From Octopus vulgaris (lineage: Eukaryota): DNA of 64,000 nt. The stretch lies in NCBI GenBank assembly GCA_951406725.2, contig OX597836.1:40176001-40240000 (forward strand), read 5' to 3'. Below are positions 1 to 14,643 of this stretch, piece after piece. Numbering within the stretch: position 1 is the stretch's first letter; each line of letters starts with the position of its first letter. Below the pieces are notes generated by a model. It did no database searches. It was not told the origin of the DNA and saw only the letters and a program-made list of their open reading frames with translations. The position numbers and the translations under genes are program-made.

Positions 1-1560
1 CAACAACAACAACACCAACACCACCACCAACACCACCACCAACAACAACATCACCAACAACAACAGCATCACCACCATCAACGCCATCAACGCTACCATT
101 ATGACCATCACCAACACCACCACCAACACTACCAACGCCACCACCAACAACACCACGACCATTAATAGAGACCAGCACCACCATTAACACCTCCACCATC
201 AACACAATCATTGCAACCGCCGCCACCACCATCACCATCAACAACAACAACAAGACCAGCAGTATCATCACCAACGCCACCACCACCACCATTCACACAT
301 CCATTGTGACCATCAACACTGCCACCAACTACACCCTCACCACCACCAGACCCAACGCCTCCCTCCGCCTAAAACTATCGCCTCCAGCAACGCGACCACC
401 ACAACTGCACCCGTTATCAATAGCGACATAAAGAGCAATACCACCATTCTTACTACCATCAATACCATTGCAACGCCATCGACATCATCACCATCACCAC
501 TGCCACCACCAACACCAATATCGTGACCAGCATCATCATCACCATAAGCACATTATCACCACCATCACAACCACCATCATTACGGCTACCAATGCCATTA
601 CAATGACCACAATCATCATCATCATCATCATTGTCAACATCATCATCATTCATCATCATCATCATCAACATTATTATTATTATCATTGTCATCATCATCA
701 TCATTCATCATCATTCATCATTCATCATCGTCATCATCATCATTCATCATCATTCATCATCATCATTCATCATTTATCGTCATCCTCATCTCCATCATCA
801 TCATCGTCGTCCTCCTCATCATCATTCATCATCATTATTCATCATTCATTATCATTCATCATCATTATCATTCATCATCATTATCATTCATCATCATCAT
901 TCATCATCACCATTCATCATCACCATTCATCATCATTCATTATCATTCATTATCATTCATCATCATTATCATTCATCATCATCATTCATCATCACCATTC
1001 ATCATCACCATTCATCATCATTCATTATCATTCATTATCATTCATCATCATTATCATTCATCATCATCATTCATCATCACCATTCATCATCACCATTCAT
1101 CATCATTCATTATCATTCATTATCATTCATCATCATTATCATTCATCATCACCATTCATCATCACCATTCATCATCATTCATTATCATTCATTATCATTC
1201 ATCATCATTATCATTCATCATCATCATTCATCATCACCATTCATCATCACCATTCATCATCATTCATTATCATTCATTATCATTCATCATCATTATCATT
1301 CATCATCATCATTCATCATCACCATTCATCATCACCATTCATCATCATTCATTATCATTCATTATCATTCATCATCATTATCATTCATCATCACCATTCA
1401 TCATCACCATTCATCATCATTCATTATCATTCATTATCATTCATCATCATCATCATTCATCATCATCATTCATCCTCATTCATCATTCATCATCACTATC
1501 ATCATCAGCAGCAGCAGCAGCATCATTATCATCGCCATCATCTTTATCATTCATCATTGC
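1..1560. repeat. Degenerate (CAC/CAA)n tract grading into (CAT)n microsatellite with 85/72-bp higher-order units
   Basis: Trinucleotide periodicity throughout; unit catcattcattatcattcattatcattcat recurs at 931, 1016, 1101, 1173, 1258, 1343, 1415. Confidence 0.95.
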
Positions 1561-1589
1561 AACCGATATATTTTTCTTTATCTTGGTTC

Positions 1590-3480
<1,891 letters not shown>

Positions 3481-3950
3481 GTGTCAGTATTCGTGCGTTT
3501 CCACGAGAGATTGTTTAAGCGGTTTTTGTGGCTTGTCGAAGAAAGTCTACACAACGTGCCTTGCAGCTTTCTTGTTGGCTTTTGAAGAACTGCACAAACG
3601 TGCCTTCCAGCCAAGAATAAATTACAGAATATGGAAATTATCAGAATATCCTATGCCGTATTTAGTCTATTTACAGCCAGGCAATTTCAGACAAACTAAC
3701 TTTACTATAGCAAACACAGATAGAAGCGATGTGGGTACGTGGGTGGTTTTTATCGAAACAAGCGATGCTTATTGGCATGTAAGCCTTAGTAAGTATTTCC
3801 AGTATTAGCACGTTACAACTAATTACGGAAAAGGTGAGCAATGGTTTACATTTCTCCGTTGTAGAATGTGTAGCTTCTTACCACACTGGCGTAGCTCTGT
3901 AGTAAGAAGCTTGCTTCACATCTGCATGGTACCCTGGGTGATCTGGTCAA

Positions 3951-4176
3951 GGCGGCGAGCTGGCAGAAACGGTAGCACGCCGGGCGAAATGCTTAGCGGT
4001 ATTTCGTCTGACGCTACGTTCTGAGTTCAAATTCCGCTGAGGTCGACTTTGCCTTTCATCCTTTCGGGGTCGATTAAATAAGTACCAGTTACGCACTGGG
4101 GTCGATATAATCGACTTAATCCGTTTGTCTGTCCTTGTTTGTCCTCTCTGTGTTTAGCCCCTTGTGGGTAGTAAAT
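3951..4176 (+). mobile_element. tRNA-derived SINE family A (Meta-domain-like), full length, nested in an older family B SINE (about 3888-4272)
   Basis: A-box-like tggcagaaacggtag, B-box gagttcaaattcc, central gcctttcatcctttcggggtcgat resembling the MetaSINE domain; many copies in window. Confidence 0.85.
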
Positions 4177-4281
4177 AATTAGGTACCCTAGGCAGGTGTC
4201 TTCTACTATAACATCGGGCCGATCAAAGGCTGTTGAGTGGATTTGATAGATGGAAACTGAAAGCAGACCGTTCTGTGTGTG

Positions 4282-4342
<61 letters not shown>

Positions 4343-4431
4343 GTGTGTAACATATTTTTAAATACAACGTAGGATTTTCTAAAAATGAGGTCTTCTATGC
4401 AGGGGTCACAGAAGGTCTTCTATATATTTAT

Positions 4432-4630
4432 TTCAAATGTTGGCAAGATCGGGGAGAGGATAAGTCAATTACGTCGACCCCAGTGCTCAACTGTTATTTA
4501 TTTTATCGACCTCGAAAAGGATGAAAAGCAAAATCGAACCTCGGCAGAATTTGAACTCAGAACGTAAAGATTGACGAAATGCCGCTAAGCAATTTGTCCA
4601 CCGTGCTAACGCGTCTGCCAGCTTGCCGAC
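4432..4630 (-). mobile_element. SINE family A, diverged copy
   Basis: Reverse complement of the family A head and core (gaatttgaactcagaacg, aaaggatgaaaagc). Confidence 0.75.
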
Positions 4631-4959
4631 TTTGGTTTCTCCATATAATGGCAATTGCTGTCGAAGACCGCTTGAAATAAATTGTATGCCTCAAGGAACT
4701 CCTACATAAAAATTACTTTATATCATTTTTAACATTTTTCTTTCTCTTTCATTAAGTTAGATTACAACACATGGAAAATTTTCTGATAAATGGTTTTATC
4801 AGAATAAAATAACGAAAGGTTTTCATCAAATTCATTTATAATGAAAAAAGAATAAGAGAAATCAAACTGCTTCTTAGGGAGACTATTTAAGGAGGTTTTC
4901 ACTCACATAAGAAAAACTATCAAATACTGAAAACTATTTGCAAATATCCAGTATGCTAA

Positions 4960-5717
4960 TGTAAAACGTGACCTGGACGTTATTGTCGACAGCGATTTGC
5001 GTTGGACAAAAGACGTCGCTAAAATTGCCAAGTGGGCTGAGGGTCTCTTGGCATCACTCACCAAGTCTTTTGTGAGCCGCTCTCCGGCTATTTATCTGCG
5101 GCTTTATATAGCTATGGTACGATCTCACCTGGAATTTGCATCACCGGTCTGGAAACCCTGTCTTGCCTAGGATATTAATCGTCTGGAAGCTGTTCAGCGA
5201 CGTGCAACCAAGAGAATACCCTCCATCAGGCATTTGCCATATTCTGAATGCCTTATTTCCCTGGGCATGGATACATTGAAACTCCGACGTCTGGCAGCTG
5301 ATTTGGAAGACACCCATACAATTATTAACCATCTTACAAACAATAACTCTGAGCATCTTTTCAAACTCCACCTGTCTAACACCCGTGGATATGTTTACAA
5401 AGTCAGAAAACAGCACAGCTCCCATGACTTTCGGAAACATTTTTTCACGCTAAGAGTTGCTGAAGCATGGGAACAGACTGCCGGCATCAGTTGTTAGTTG
5501 TTGGAGCACTGCATCCTTCAAAACTTCCATGCTTCCTGAGATTCGCCAAAACTACACCTGATTTTCTCCCCTCCATACACACACAGGCATGTATCTGACT
5601 CATATACAGTTCACTTTCCAGACATTTGTACGTTACTGCATATAATTTATACGCACTTTTGACAAGTTGTGGTGCACCTGAGCACTGTATACAATAATTT
5701 CATTATTATTATTATTA
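4960..5717 (+). mobile_element. CR1-clade LINE 3' fragment (end of ORF2, 3'UTR, (ATT)n tail)
   Basis: Translates as RDLDVIVDSDLRW...LYIAMVRSHLEFASPVWKP..*DINRLEAVQRRATKRIP...LRRLAADL...TRG...RKHFFTLRVAEAW, typical of the CR1 RT C-terminus; internal stop. Confidence 0.9.
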
Positions 5718-6051
5718 TAACACCCGTGGACATGTTTACAAAGTCAGAAAACAGCACAGCTCCCATGACTTTCGGAAACATTTTTTCAGGCTAAGAGTTG
5801 CTGAAGCATGGGAACAAACTGCCGGCATCAGTTGTTAGTTGTTGGAGCACTGCATCCTTCAAAACTTCCATGCTTCCTGAGATTCGCCAACACTACACCT
5901 AATTTTCTTCCCTCCATACACACGCAAGCATGTATCTGACTCATACACTGTTCACTTTCCAGACATTTGTACATTACTGTATATACTTTATACGCACTTT
6001 TGACAAGTTGTGGTGCACCTGAGCACTGTATACAATAATTTCATTATTATT
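5718..6051 (+). mobile_element. Tandem second copy of the CR1 3' end
   Basis: Near-identical to 5377-5717. Confidence 0.92.
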
Positions 6052-6301
6052 TTTAAAATTAACGACACGAAATCAGATAAACTAACTACAACAATAGCTT
6101 CATTTCTTATTAAGAATGCTGAGAAGGCGGATGGTAAATCGAGACACTCTCATAAATCAAGACACTGCTATTTTTAAGCCAGTTTGATTAACTTTGCTTC
6201 TCTTTTGGTACGCAAATATTTAGCTTGGAGTCGAACTTTAGATAAACACATACGGGTTTACCTTTCAACTGAGAGGAGGCGGTTTCTTTTTGTATTATTG
6301 A

Positions 6302-6612
6302 TAATTACTTAATTTATCGACCCCGAAAGGATGAAAGGCAAAGTCGACCTCGGCGGAATTTGAACTCAGAACGTAGCGGCAGACGAAATACCTATTTCTT
6401 TATTACCCACAAGGGGCTAAACATAGAGGAGACAAACATGGACAGACATAGGTATTAAGTCGATTACATCGACCCCAGTGCGTAACTGGTACTTAATTTA
6501 TCGACGCCGAAAGGAATTTGAACTCGGTGGAATTTGAACTCAGAACGTAGCGGCAGACGAAATACCACTAGGCATTTCGCCCAGCGTGCTAACGATTCTG
6601 CCAGCTCGCCGC
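6302..6612 (-). mobile_element. SINE family A, tandem dimer
   Basis: Two copies of the family A core in tandem. Confidence 0.85.
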
Positions 6613-6904
6613 AGAGACCGAAAGATTACCGTGATACAGTGTGATAAAGACCTTCATTAACTGGCCCATGATATTAAATAAATAGCTTATGGAATCCAAC
6701 TTAATAGCTCCAGTTCTCTTCAGCAATTGTTTGTGTAAACTGTTGAGTATATAAACGATTTGAATACTTACTTGGTCAAATGATGTTCAAACCCCCGAAA
6801 GAAAACCCAAAGAGGTTCGAAGATCGATCAACGCTGTTCAGAATTTTCTTTCAATCTGCGAAGAAATAATTAAATTTGAAATGTTCCTATATCTACAATG
6901 TCGA

Positions 6905-6906
6905 TT

Positions 6907-6938
<32 letters not shown>

Positions 6939-7049
6939 TGTATGTATGTATGTATGTATGTATGTATGTATTATGTATGTATATATTTGCATGTGTATAT
7001 GCATGCATATTCGTGTGCGCATATGTATGTATGTAAGTCTGTATGTACG

Positions 7050-7080
<31 letters not shown>

Positions 7081-7171
7081 ATATGTGTATATATATATAC
7101 ATATATATATATATGTATATATATGTATATATACATGTATGTATACATATATATATATGTATATACATATA

Positions 7172-7206
<35 letters not shown>

Positions 7207-7207
7207 C

Positions 7208-7272
<65 letters not shown>
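6905..7272. repeat. (ATGT)n/(TA)n microsatellite
   Basis: Direct inspection. Confidence 0.95.
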
Positions 7273-7275
<3 letters not shown>

Positions 7276-7494
7276 CGTTTAAAACAGGTAATTAATCAGA
7301 TTTGAAAATAATTCATTAATCATCGATTTTCCGATAATCTTTTAAAGACTCAAGTGATTTTCAATGATTTTTGTTTTCGTTTTTTCTTTTTTTTTTCCAG
7401 GGGACTTATTATCCCATTACTTTTGGTCTTCTTTCCTTCTCATTTCTACGCTGCTCCTTCATCTTTACTTCCCCATCATCATCATCATCATTAT

Positions 7495-7543
<49 letters not shown>

Positions 7544-7701
7544 AGTAGCAGCAGTTTATTGTTCCTAATTCTAAGGTTTTCGTCCTTCATTAAATGTTTT
7601 ACCATTTCCATCATCAAATGCAGGCGTGTCTTTGTGGTTGAGAAACTCGCTTTTCAACCCTGTGGCTGTAGGTTCAGTCCCAGTGCGTGGCATCTTCAGC
7701 C

Positions 7702-8049
7702 ACCTACACTCGCCTCCTTATGAGAGTTCAAAATATTTCGTGGAAGCGCCATCCAACCAAAATGCAAATATATGGGAAACTACCACCTGTTTCATCTCTT
7801 GTGAAAGGTAGGAGAGTCCAGTTTGCTGGACATTGTTGTAGAGCTGAAAACGAGGTAATTTCTACTCTCCTCCTCTGGAAGCCATCTACTCGCAATACCA
7901 GAGGGCGCACACTCTCCTACCCTGATGTAATCTCCAGGGATACAGGTATCCAGCAACAGGACCTCCGTAATGCTATGATGGACCGTGAAGTCTGGCGTAG
8001 CATGGTAAATTCCATTGTCTCGACCACGGTCGAACAATGATTATGATGA
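7702..8049 (+). mobile_element. RTE-clade LINE, 5'-truncated 3' end
   Basis: TYTRLLMRVQNISWKRHPT...RRVQFAGHCCR...LLLWKP...AMMDREVWR* followed by (TGA)n tail; second copy at 23789. Confidence 0.88.
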
Positions 8050-8109
8050 ACTTCAGCAAGTTGCTTTAATTTTTCTCTACTCTTTAAGATGTACTGCGAT
8101 GTCACTTTC

Positions 8110-8480
8110 CGTAGTATCTATGCGTGGGATATCATACAAATCACAAACATCAATGGTGATAGGCTATCTCTTTGAAATATGACTCAGTTGGTGTTGAAAC
8201 TCCCGCCAAGTTTTCCACATAAAGTCAACTCTGTATTCCAATCGTTCATTGATTTCCTGATAAAATTCGACATGTTGTCAGACACCTGTACCAACTCAAG
8301 ACTTTCTAAAATCCAAGAATGGAGGACCTTGTTATACGCTTTCTTATATTCGATCCGTCCTTGCCCAGATGACTGTTTTCTTGCAATCGTTCAGTATCAT
8401 TCTGTCCATCAGAAGTTGGTCTTTTGCCCCTCGACTTTTCCTTCTGCATCCATTCTGTTCTGCTGGCAGCTTGTCATTCA
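8110..8480 (-). mobile_element. R4/Dong-type LINE reverse-transcriptase fragment (frameshifted)
   Basis: Minus strand reads QNGCRRKSRGAKDQLLMDRMIL..., YKKAYNKVLHSWILESL..., IFQRDSLSPLMFVICM, matching RT motifs of RLE-type retrotransposons. Confidence 0.75.
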
Positions 8481-8550
8481 TTTCCAGTAATTTATACACG
8501 CAATCAGATATTATTCTTGTCATCAGCTTCTACATCATTATTATTATTAA

Positions 8551-9150
8551 GGCGACGAGTTAATAGGATCATTAGCACGCCGAGCAAAATGCTTAGCGGT
8601 ATTTCATCCTGGCAGAAGCGTTAGCACGTCGGGCGAAATGCTTAACGGTATTTAAATTCCGCCGAGGTCGACTTTGCCTTTCATCCTTTCGGGGTCGATA
8701 AATTAAGTACCAGTTACGCACTGGGATCGATGTAATCGACTTAATCCGTTTGTCTGTCCTTGTTTGTCCTCTCTGTGTTTAGCCCCTTGTGGGAAGTAAA
8801 GAAATAGGTATTTCGCTTGCAGTTATGTTCTGAGTTCAAATTCCGCCGAGGTCGACTTTGCCTTTCATCCTTTCGGGGTCGATAAATTAAGTACCAGTTA
8901 CGCACTGGGGTCGATGTAATCGACTTAATACCTATGTCTGTCCTTGTTTGTCCCCTCTATGTTTAGCCCCTTGTGGGTAATAAAGAAATAGGTATTTCAT
9001 CAGTCATTATGTTCTGAGTTCAAATTCCGTCGAGGTCGACTTCGCCTTTCAATCTTTCGGCATTGATAAATTAAGTACCAGTGAAACACTGGGATCGATG
9101 TGATCGATCACCTAAAATTCCAGGCCCTATGCCAATAGTAGAAAAGATTA
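8551..9150 (+). mobile_element. SINE family A multimer/nested array
   Basis: Core aaattccg.cgaggtcgactt.gcctttca occurs three times (about 8655, 8838, 9022). Confidence 0.88.
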
Positions 9151-9224
9151 TAATTATTATTGTTGTTGTTGTTGTTTTTTGTTGTTATTATTATTATGAT
9201 TATTATTTACTTTTTATCTGCATG

Positions 9225-9595
9225 TTTGTTACAATCACTCATCGAGACACATCCAGCATCCTAAGGCGAGGGAAGGATAAGTGGTGTTACAGTATGATTG
9301 CAAGCTTGAGGAGGGGAAGTGGCAAGCGTAGTAGCGAAATATCTTCATGTAATACAGCACAGACATTTAAATTGATGGCTTTTCCTATGGATGTGGGCAG
9401 TACTTGTCAGCACAATATTTTGCATTTCTCTGAGACACAGTTCTCCTGGGATGTTATCTAGACGTTTATGACATCCCTTTTTTTATCATACCTAGGTCAC
9501 CTACAATAACAAGACAGCTCTGCTCTTTAAGATGCTGCATCTTTTGTATTTCAATTTCAAGGTTCTTATATTTACTTAATTTTTCAAATTTCGTT
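9225..9595 (-). mobile_element. R4/Dong-type LINE 3' end (RLE endonuclease C-terminus and 3'UTR)
   Basis: Minus strand EFEKLSKYKNLEIEIQKM...VIVGDLGMIKKG; 3' end lies next to (TAA)-type repeats. Confidence 0.75.
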
Positions 9596-9602
9596 AAAGA
9601 TA

Positions 9603-9671
<69 letters not shown>

Positions 9672-9730
9672 TACTACTACTACAACTACTACAACTACTA
9701 CTACTATTACTACTACTACTACAACTTTTA

Positions 9731-10010
9731 ATTTGTTACAATCACTTGCCGAGATACACCCTGCGCCATGGGGCGAATGAAGGATAAGAGATGTTACTGT
9801 TTGACTGAAAGCTTGGGGAGGGGACAGCAGTGAAATATCTTCATGTAATTCTACATAGGCATTTAAATGGATAGGATTTTTCTTAGGGTATGGGCAGTAC
9901 TTATCAGCACAATCTTTTGGATTCCTCTGAGACATGGTTCTCCTGGGATGTTACCTAGATGTTTCTTACATATCTTTTTTATCATATCTTGGGTATTTAC
10001 AATAACAGGA
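9731..10010 (-). mobile_element. Second, diverged R4/Dong-type LINE 3' end
   Basis: PVIVNTQDMIKKICKKHLGNIPGEPCLRGIQKIVLISTAHTLRKILSI*; homologous to 9225-9510; abuts (TAA)/(TAG) tract 9604-9725. Confidence 0.75.
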
Positions 10011-10034
10011 AGAGTTATTATTATTACTAATATT

Positions 10035-10069
<35 letters not shown>

Positions 10070-10153
10070 AGCTAAGTTGTTGTTGTTCGGATAGTAGTGG
10101 TGGTGGAGATGGTATTTATGATTGTTGATGTATCAGACAAAATACTTATCGTC

Positions 10154-10189
<36 letters not shown>

Positions 10190-10275
10190 CACCGAGGTCG
10201 ATTATTATTATTACTACGAGTCACGTATCTCATCACCACCATCAACACCAACACCAACACCATATTCATCATTAT

Positions 10276-10312
10276 CATTAACTTTTCCTTTTCTTTTTTT
10301 TTTCAGGTAAGT
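10276..10312 (+). promoter_or_regulatory. Candidate recursive splice site: branch point, polypyrimidine tract, CAG|GTAAGT
   Basis: cattaac (10276-10282), pure pyrimidines 10282-10304, CAG 10304-10306 directly followed by GTAAGT 10307-10312. Confidence 0.55.
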
Positions 10313-10389
10313 GAAACTCCGACTCTGAATATCTGAAATCCCAAGGTATTTCAACATCTCTGATATTACACACAGTACATTTGAGTATT

Positions 10390-10645
10390 ATCTCCTTCCT
10401 TCAAACGGGAAGGAAGAGCTATTTTCATCGTTCTTGTGGCTATGGTGAAAGAATGTATCTGGTGGATGCGTCTGAAAGGATTGGAGACAAACACTTTCCT
10501 CTCTGGTCAATCTCTCATCGACTTCTTCAAGTATCACTTGAAAAGGGAAAATGAGAGTAGAGAGGCAAGTTTTGTCAAGTGAATGTTTCAAAAGAAGATG
10601 GGTGAATGTAGCAAGGATGGCACGTATGAATGACGAAGCCACCTA
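10390..10645 (+). mobile_element. L1/Tx1-type LINE ORF2 C-terminal fragment
   Basis: PSFKREGRAIFIVLVAMVKECIWWMRLKGL...LIDFFKYHLKR then frameshift KMRVERQVLSSECFKRRWVNVARMARM; resembles Tx1-type C-termini. Confidence 0.55.
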
Positions 10646-10649
10646 TGCA

Positions 10650-11143
10650 TGTATCTATACATAACAACATATATGCATACATACATACATGCACACATAC
10701 ATACAAAGATATATACATACATACACACATACATGCATTGATACATGCATACATACATACATACATGCATAGATACATGCATGCATACATACATACTTAC
10801 ATACATACATGCACACATACATATATATATATACATGCATACACACATACATGCATTGATACATGCATACATACATACATACATGCATAGATACATGCAT
10901 GCATAGATACATACACACATACATGCATAGATACATGCATGCATACATACATACATACATACATACATACATACATACGTGCATACATACATACATACAT
11001 GCATGCATACATACATACATACATACATACATACCTCCACACATACATACATACATACATACATGCATACATACATACATACATACATACATACATGCAT
11101 GCATGCATACATACATACATACACACATACATACATACATACA

Positions 11144-11177
<34 letters not shown>

Positions 11178-11766
11178 CAAACATACATACATGCATACAT
11201 ACATACATACATACATACATGCATACATACATACATACATACTTACATACATACAAACATACATACATGCATACATACATACATACATACATACATACAT
11301 ACATACACACATACATACATACATACATACATACATACACACATACATATATACATACATACATACACACATACATACATACATACTTACATACATACAC
11401 ACATACATACATACAAACATACACACATACATACATACTTACATACATACACACATACATACATACAAACATACACACATACATACATACAAACTTACAT
11501 ACATACACACATACATACATACAAACATACACACATACATACATACATACATACATACATACATACATACACACACGCATGTATACATACATACATACAT
11601 ACATACATACATACATACATACATACATACACACATACATACATACACACTACATACATACATACATACATACATACATACATACATACATACATACATA
11701 CATACATACATACATACATACATACACACATACACACATACATACATACACACATACATACATACA

Positions 11767-11800
<34 letters not shown>

Positions 11801-11815
11801 CATACATACATACAT
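10650..11815. repeat. About 1.2-kb (ATAC)n tetranucleotide array
   Basis: Direct inspection. Confidence 0.97.
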
Positions 11816-12151
11816 TTGCATATGTACACACATTCATAAACCTTTATGAACCAATCTATGAAAGCAATTTTTTTTTAAATCGCCTTTTTTATATACTATT
11901 TGTAGATTTTTCCTTCTACTATGTCGATTGTATTCAAATGTGACAATGCATGACATGAAAAATAATGCATTTTTTTAATATTACACACACATACACACAC
12001 ACACACACACATGTATTTATTTATTTCTTTATTTATCCAATTTTTTTTTTTTTCATAAACTGACATGCATATGACACGAAGCTTTGCTTAGATATTTTTC
12101 AACTCTCGCTTCACACCTTCCATCTGATACAATCTCATTCTCCCCCACACG

Positions 12152-12185
<34 letters not shown>

Positions 12186-12356
12186 CGCACACATTCACAC
12201 ATATACACGCCAATTCACACGCGCGGACGCGCAGACGAGCGTTCGAAACTGTCTTAAAGAATTACTTTCAAGATATGCTTTTCGTTCGGGAGATTATTAC
12301 AAAATATTAATATGTGTGTGTGTGTGTGTGTGTAAATATGTATGTGTGAGTGTGTG

Positions 12357-12399
<43 letters not shown>

Positions 12400-12407
12400 T
12401 GTATATG

Positions 12408-12453
<46 letters not shown>

Positions 12454-12577
12454 TAATATATATATACGTGTATATATATATATATAAATATATATACGTA
12501 TATATATATGTATACGTATGCATATATATAATGTACACACATATACATATATATATATATGTATATTCATATATATA

Positions 12578-12620
<43 letters not shown>

Positions 12621-12630
12621 ATATATATAT

Positions 12631-12670
<40 letters not shown>

Positions 12671-12874
12671 TGTGATTACATGCAAAGTTGATTAATAATT
12701 TTTATGCTGTTTTACGTTTTTATCCTTAATTTTTTTTCTCCATTTTAACCCATTTTACTTTCCGCTTTAATATATTTTTAAAAAATGCAATTACAATTTC
12801 TCGATATAGATTTCTTTGTCATTTTCTCCAACCACGCTGAAAATATATTTTTTTTTTAAATGTAATAAAAATAA

Positions 12875-13499
12875 TGGCTTCAAACTTTTAGTGCAAGGGT
12901 AGCTAGTTCAGAGGAGGTGCTAAGTCGACTGCATCGACCCCATTATTCAACTGGTACTTAATTTTCCGACTCCGAAAGAATGAAAGGCAAAAGTCGACCA
13001 CGGCGGAATTTGAACTCACAACGTAAAGGTGGATAAAATGCCACTAATTATTTTGCCCAGCTTTTTAACGATTCCGCACGGTCGCCGCCTTAGTAATGTG
13101 TTCAAATTCTGGCACAAGACCAGCAATTTTGTGAGTCAAGATAAGACGATTAGATCGATTCCAGTGCTAATCTGGTACTTATTTTATCGGCCCTGAAAGG
13201 AAAAGTTGACATCAGCGGAATTTGAACACCGGATGTAAAGACGGGCGAAATACCGCTAACCATTCTGGGAGTCGTTGACTGAAAATAATAATCCTTTCTA
13301 CTAAAGGCACAAGGCTTGAAATTGTCAATTAGTCATTTACCTAAACCCCAGTGTTTCACTAGTACTTAATTTATCGACCCCCAAAAGGATGAAAGGTAAA
13401 GTCGACCTCGACGAAATTTGAACTCAGAACGTAACGGCAGACGAAATACCACTAAGCATTTCGCCCGGCGTGCTAACATTTCTGCCAGCTCGCCGCCTT
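12875..13499 (-). mobile_element. Three consecutive SINE family A copies
   Basis: gaatttgaac B-box (reverse) at about 13006, 13218, 13415, each with core and tail. Confidence 0.8.
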
Positions 13500-13506
13500 A
13501 TCGCCT

Positions 13507-13921
13507 ACTCTTTTACTCTTTTACTTGTTTCAGTCATTTGACTGCGGCCATGCTGGAGCACCGCCTTTTAATCGAGCAACTCGACCCGGGACTTATTCTT
13601 TTTGTATGCCCAGTACTTATTCTATCGGTCTCTTTTGCCGAACCGCTAAGTAACGGGGAGATAAACACACCTGCATCGGTTGTCAAGCAATGCTAGGAGG
13701 ACAAACACAGACACACAAACATATACACACACACATATGTATATATATACATATATACGACGGGCTTCTTTCAGTTTCCGTCTACCAAATCCACTCACAA
13801 GGGTTTGGTTGGCCCGAGGCTATAGTATAAGACACTTGCCCAAGGTGCCAAGCAGTGGGACTGAACCTGGAACCATGTGGCTGGTAAACATGCTACTTAC
13901 CACACAGCCACTCCTACGCCT
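13507..13921 (-). mobile_element. tRNA-derived SINE family B (CORE-like), full length, with internal (TA)n(TG)n and (GAGTAAAA)n tail
   Basis: Element strand: ggagtggctgtgtggtaag head, ggttcagtccc B-box, ccttgggcaagtgtctt CORE-like block. Confidence 0.88.
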
Positions 13922-13934
13922 ATGACTATAAATG

Positions 13935-14133
13935 ATTATTTCAAATATTTGCCACAAAGGTGGGGATGAGTCGATTACAATGACCTCAGTGTTCGACTGG
14001 TACTTATTTTATCAACCCCGAAAAAATGAAAGGCAAAGTCGTCCCCAGTGGAATTTGAACCCAGAACGTAGCGACAGACGAAACACGACTAAGTATTTCG
14101 ACCAGCGCGATAACGATTCTGCGAGCCTGCCGC
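13935..14133 (-). mobile_element. SINE family A, diverged
   Basis: Homology to 3951-4176. Confidence 0.75.
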
Positions 14134-14320
14134 TTAGCGCCTTTAAATAATGATAGTAACTTGATTTTATGACTCAAATCTAGAATATGCTTTTAAGAAG
14201 TTCACTTCACAACCTCCTGGTTTTTGGGTTCAGTACCATTATGCGGTCACTTGATGTGAGTCTATTATATTCTGGGGCTGGCCAAATAAATGGAAAATCT
14301 ATATTCGTGTGTGTGCACGC

Positions 14321-14500
14321 GGTGAGGTGGCAGAATCGTTAGCGCGTCGGACAAAATGCTAAGAAGCATTTTTTCCAACTCCTTGTGTTCTGAGTTCAAA
14401 TCTTCCACAATATTCCGAGGTCAGCTTTACGTTTCGTCCCTGCAGAATCGATAAAATAAAGTACAGCCAAGTATTTGGAGTCGATGTTATTGACTTGTTT
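14321..14500 (+). mobile_element. SINE family A, diverged
   Basis: ggcagaatcgttagcgcg...gagttcaaat...gaggtcagcttt. Confidence 0.7.
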
Positions 14501-14643
14501 CCACCCATCAAAACAACTCGCCTTGAAACCCTGCAACGGACCAATGTCCTTTTGAGGGGGAAATGCTGTGAACCCTGGCAACCTATGTTATGAGCCCTAG
14601 GACTCGAAATAAATGAAATAAAATAGATAAATAATTACAAATA

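Noticed and set aside
10588-11943. 300+ aa MYVC/HTYI ORFs
   Set aside because: (ATAC)n has no stop codons in any frame
12231-12255. Hammerhead-like cagacgagcgttcgaaactgtc
   Set aside because: U4 substituted and no stem I pairing
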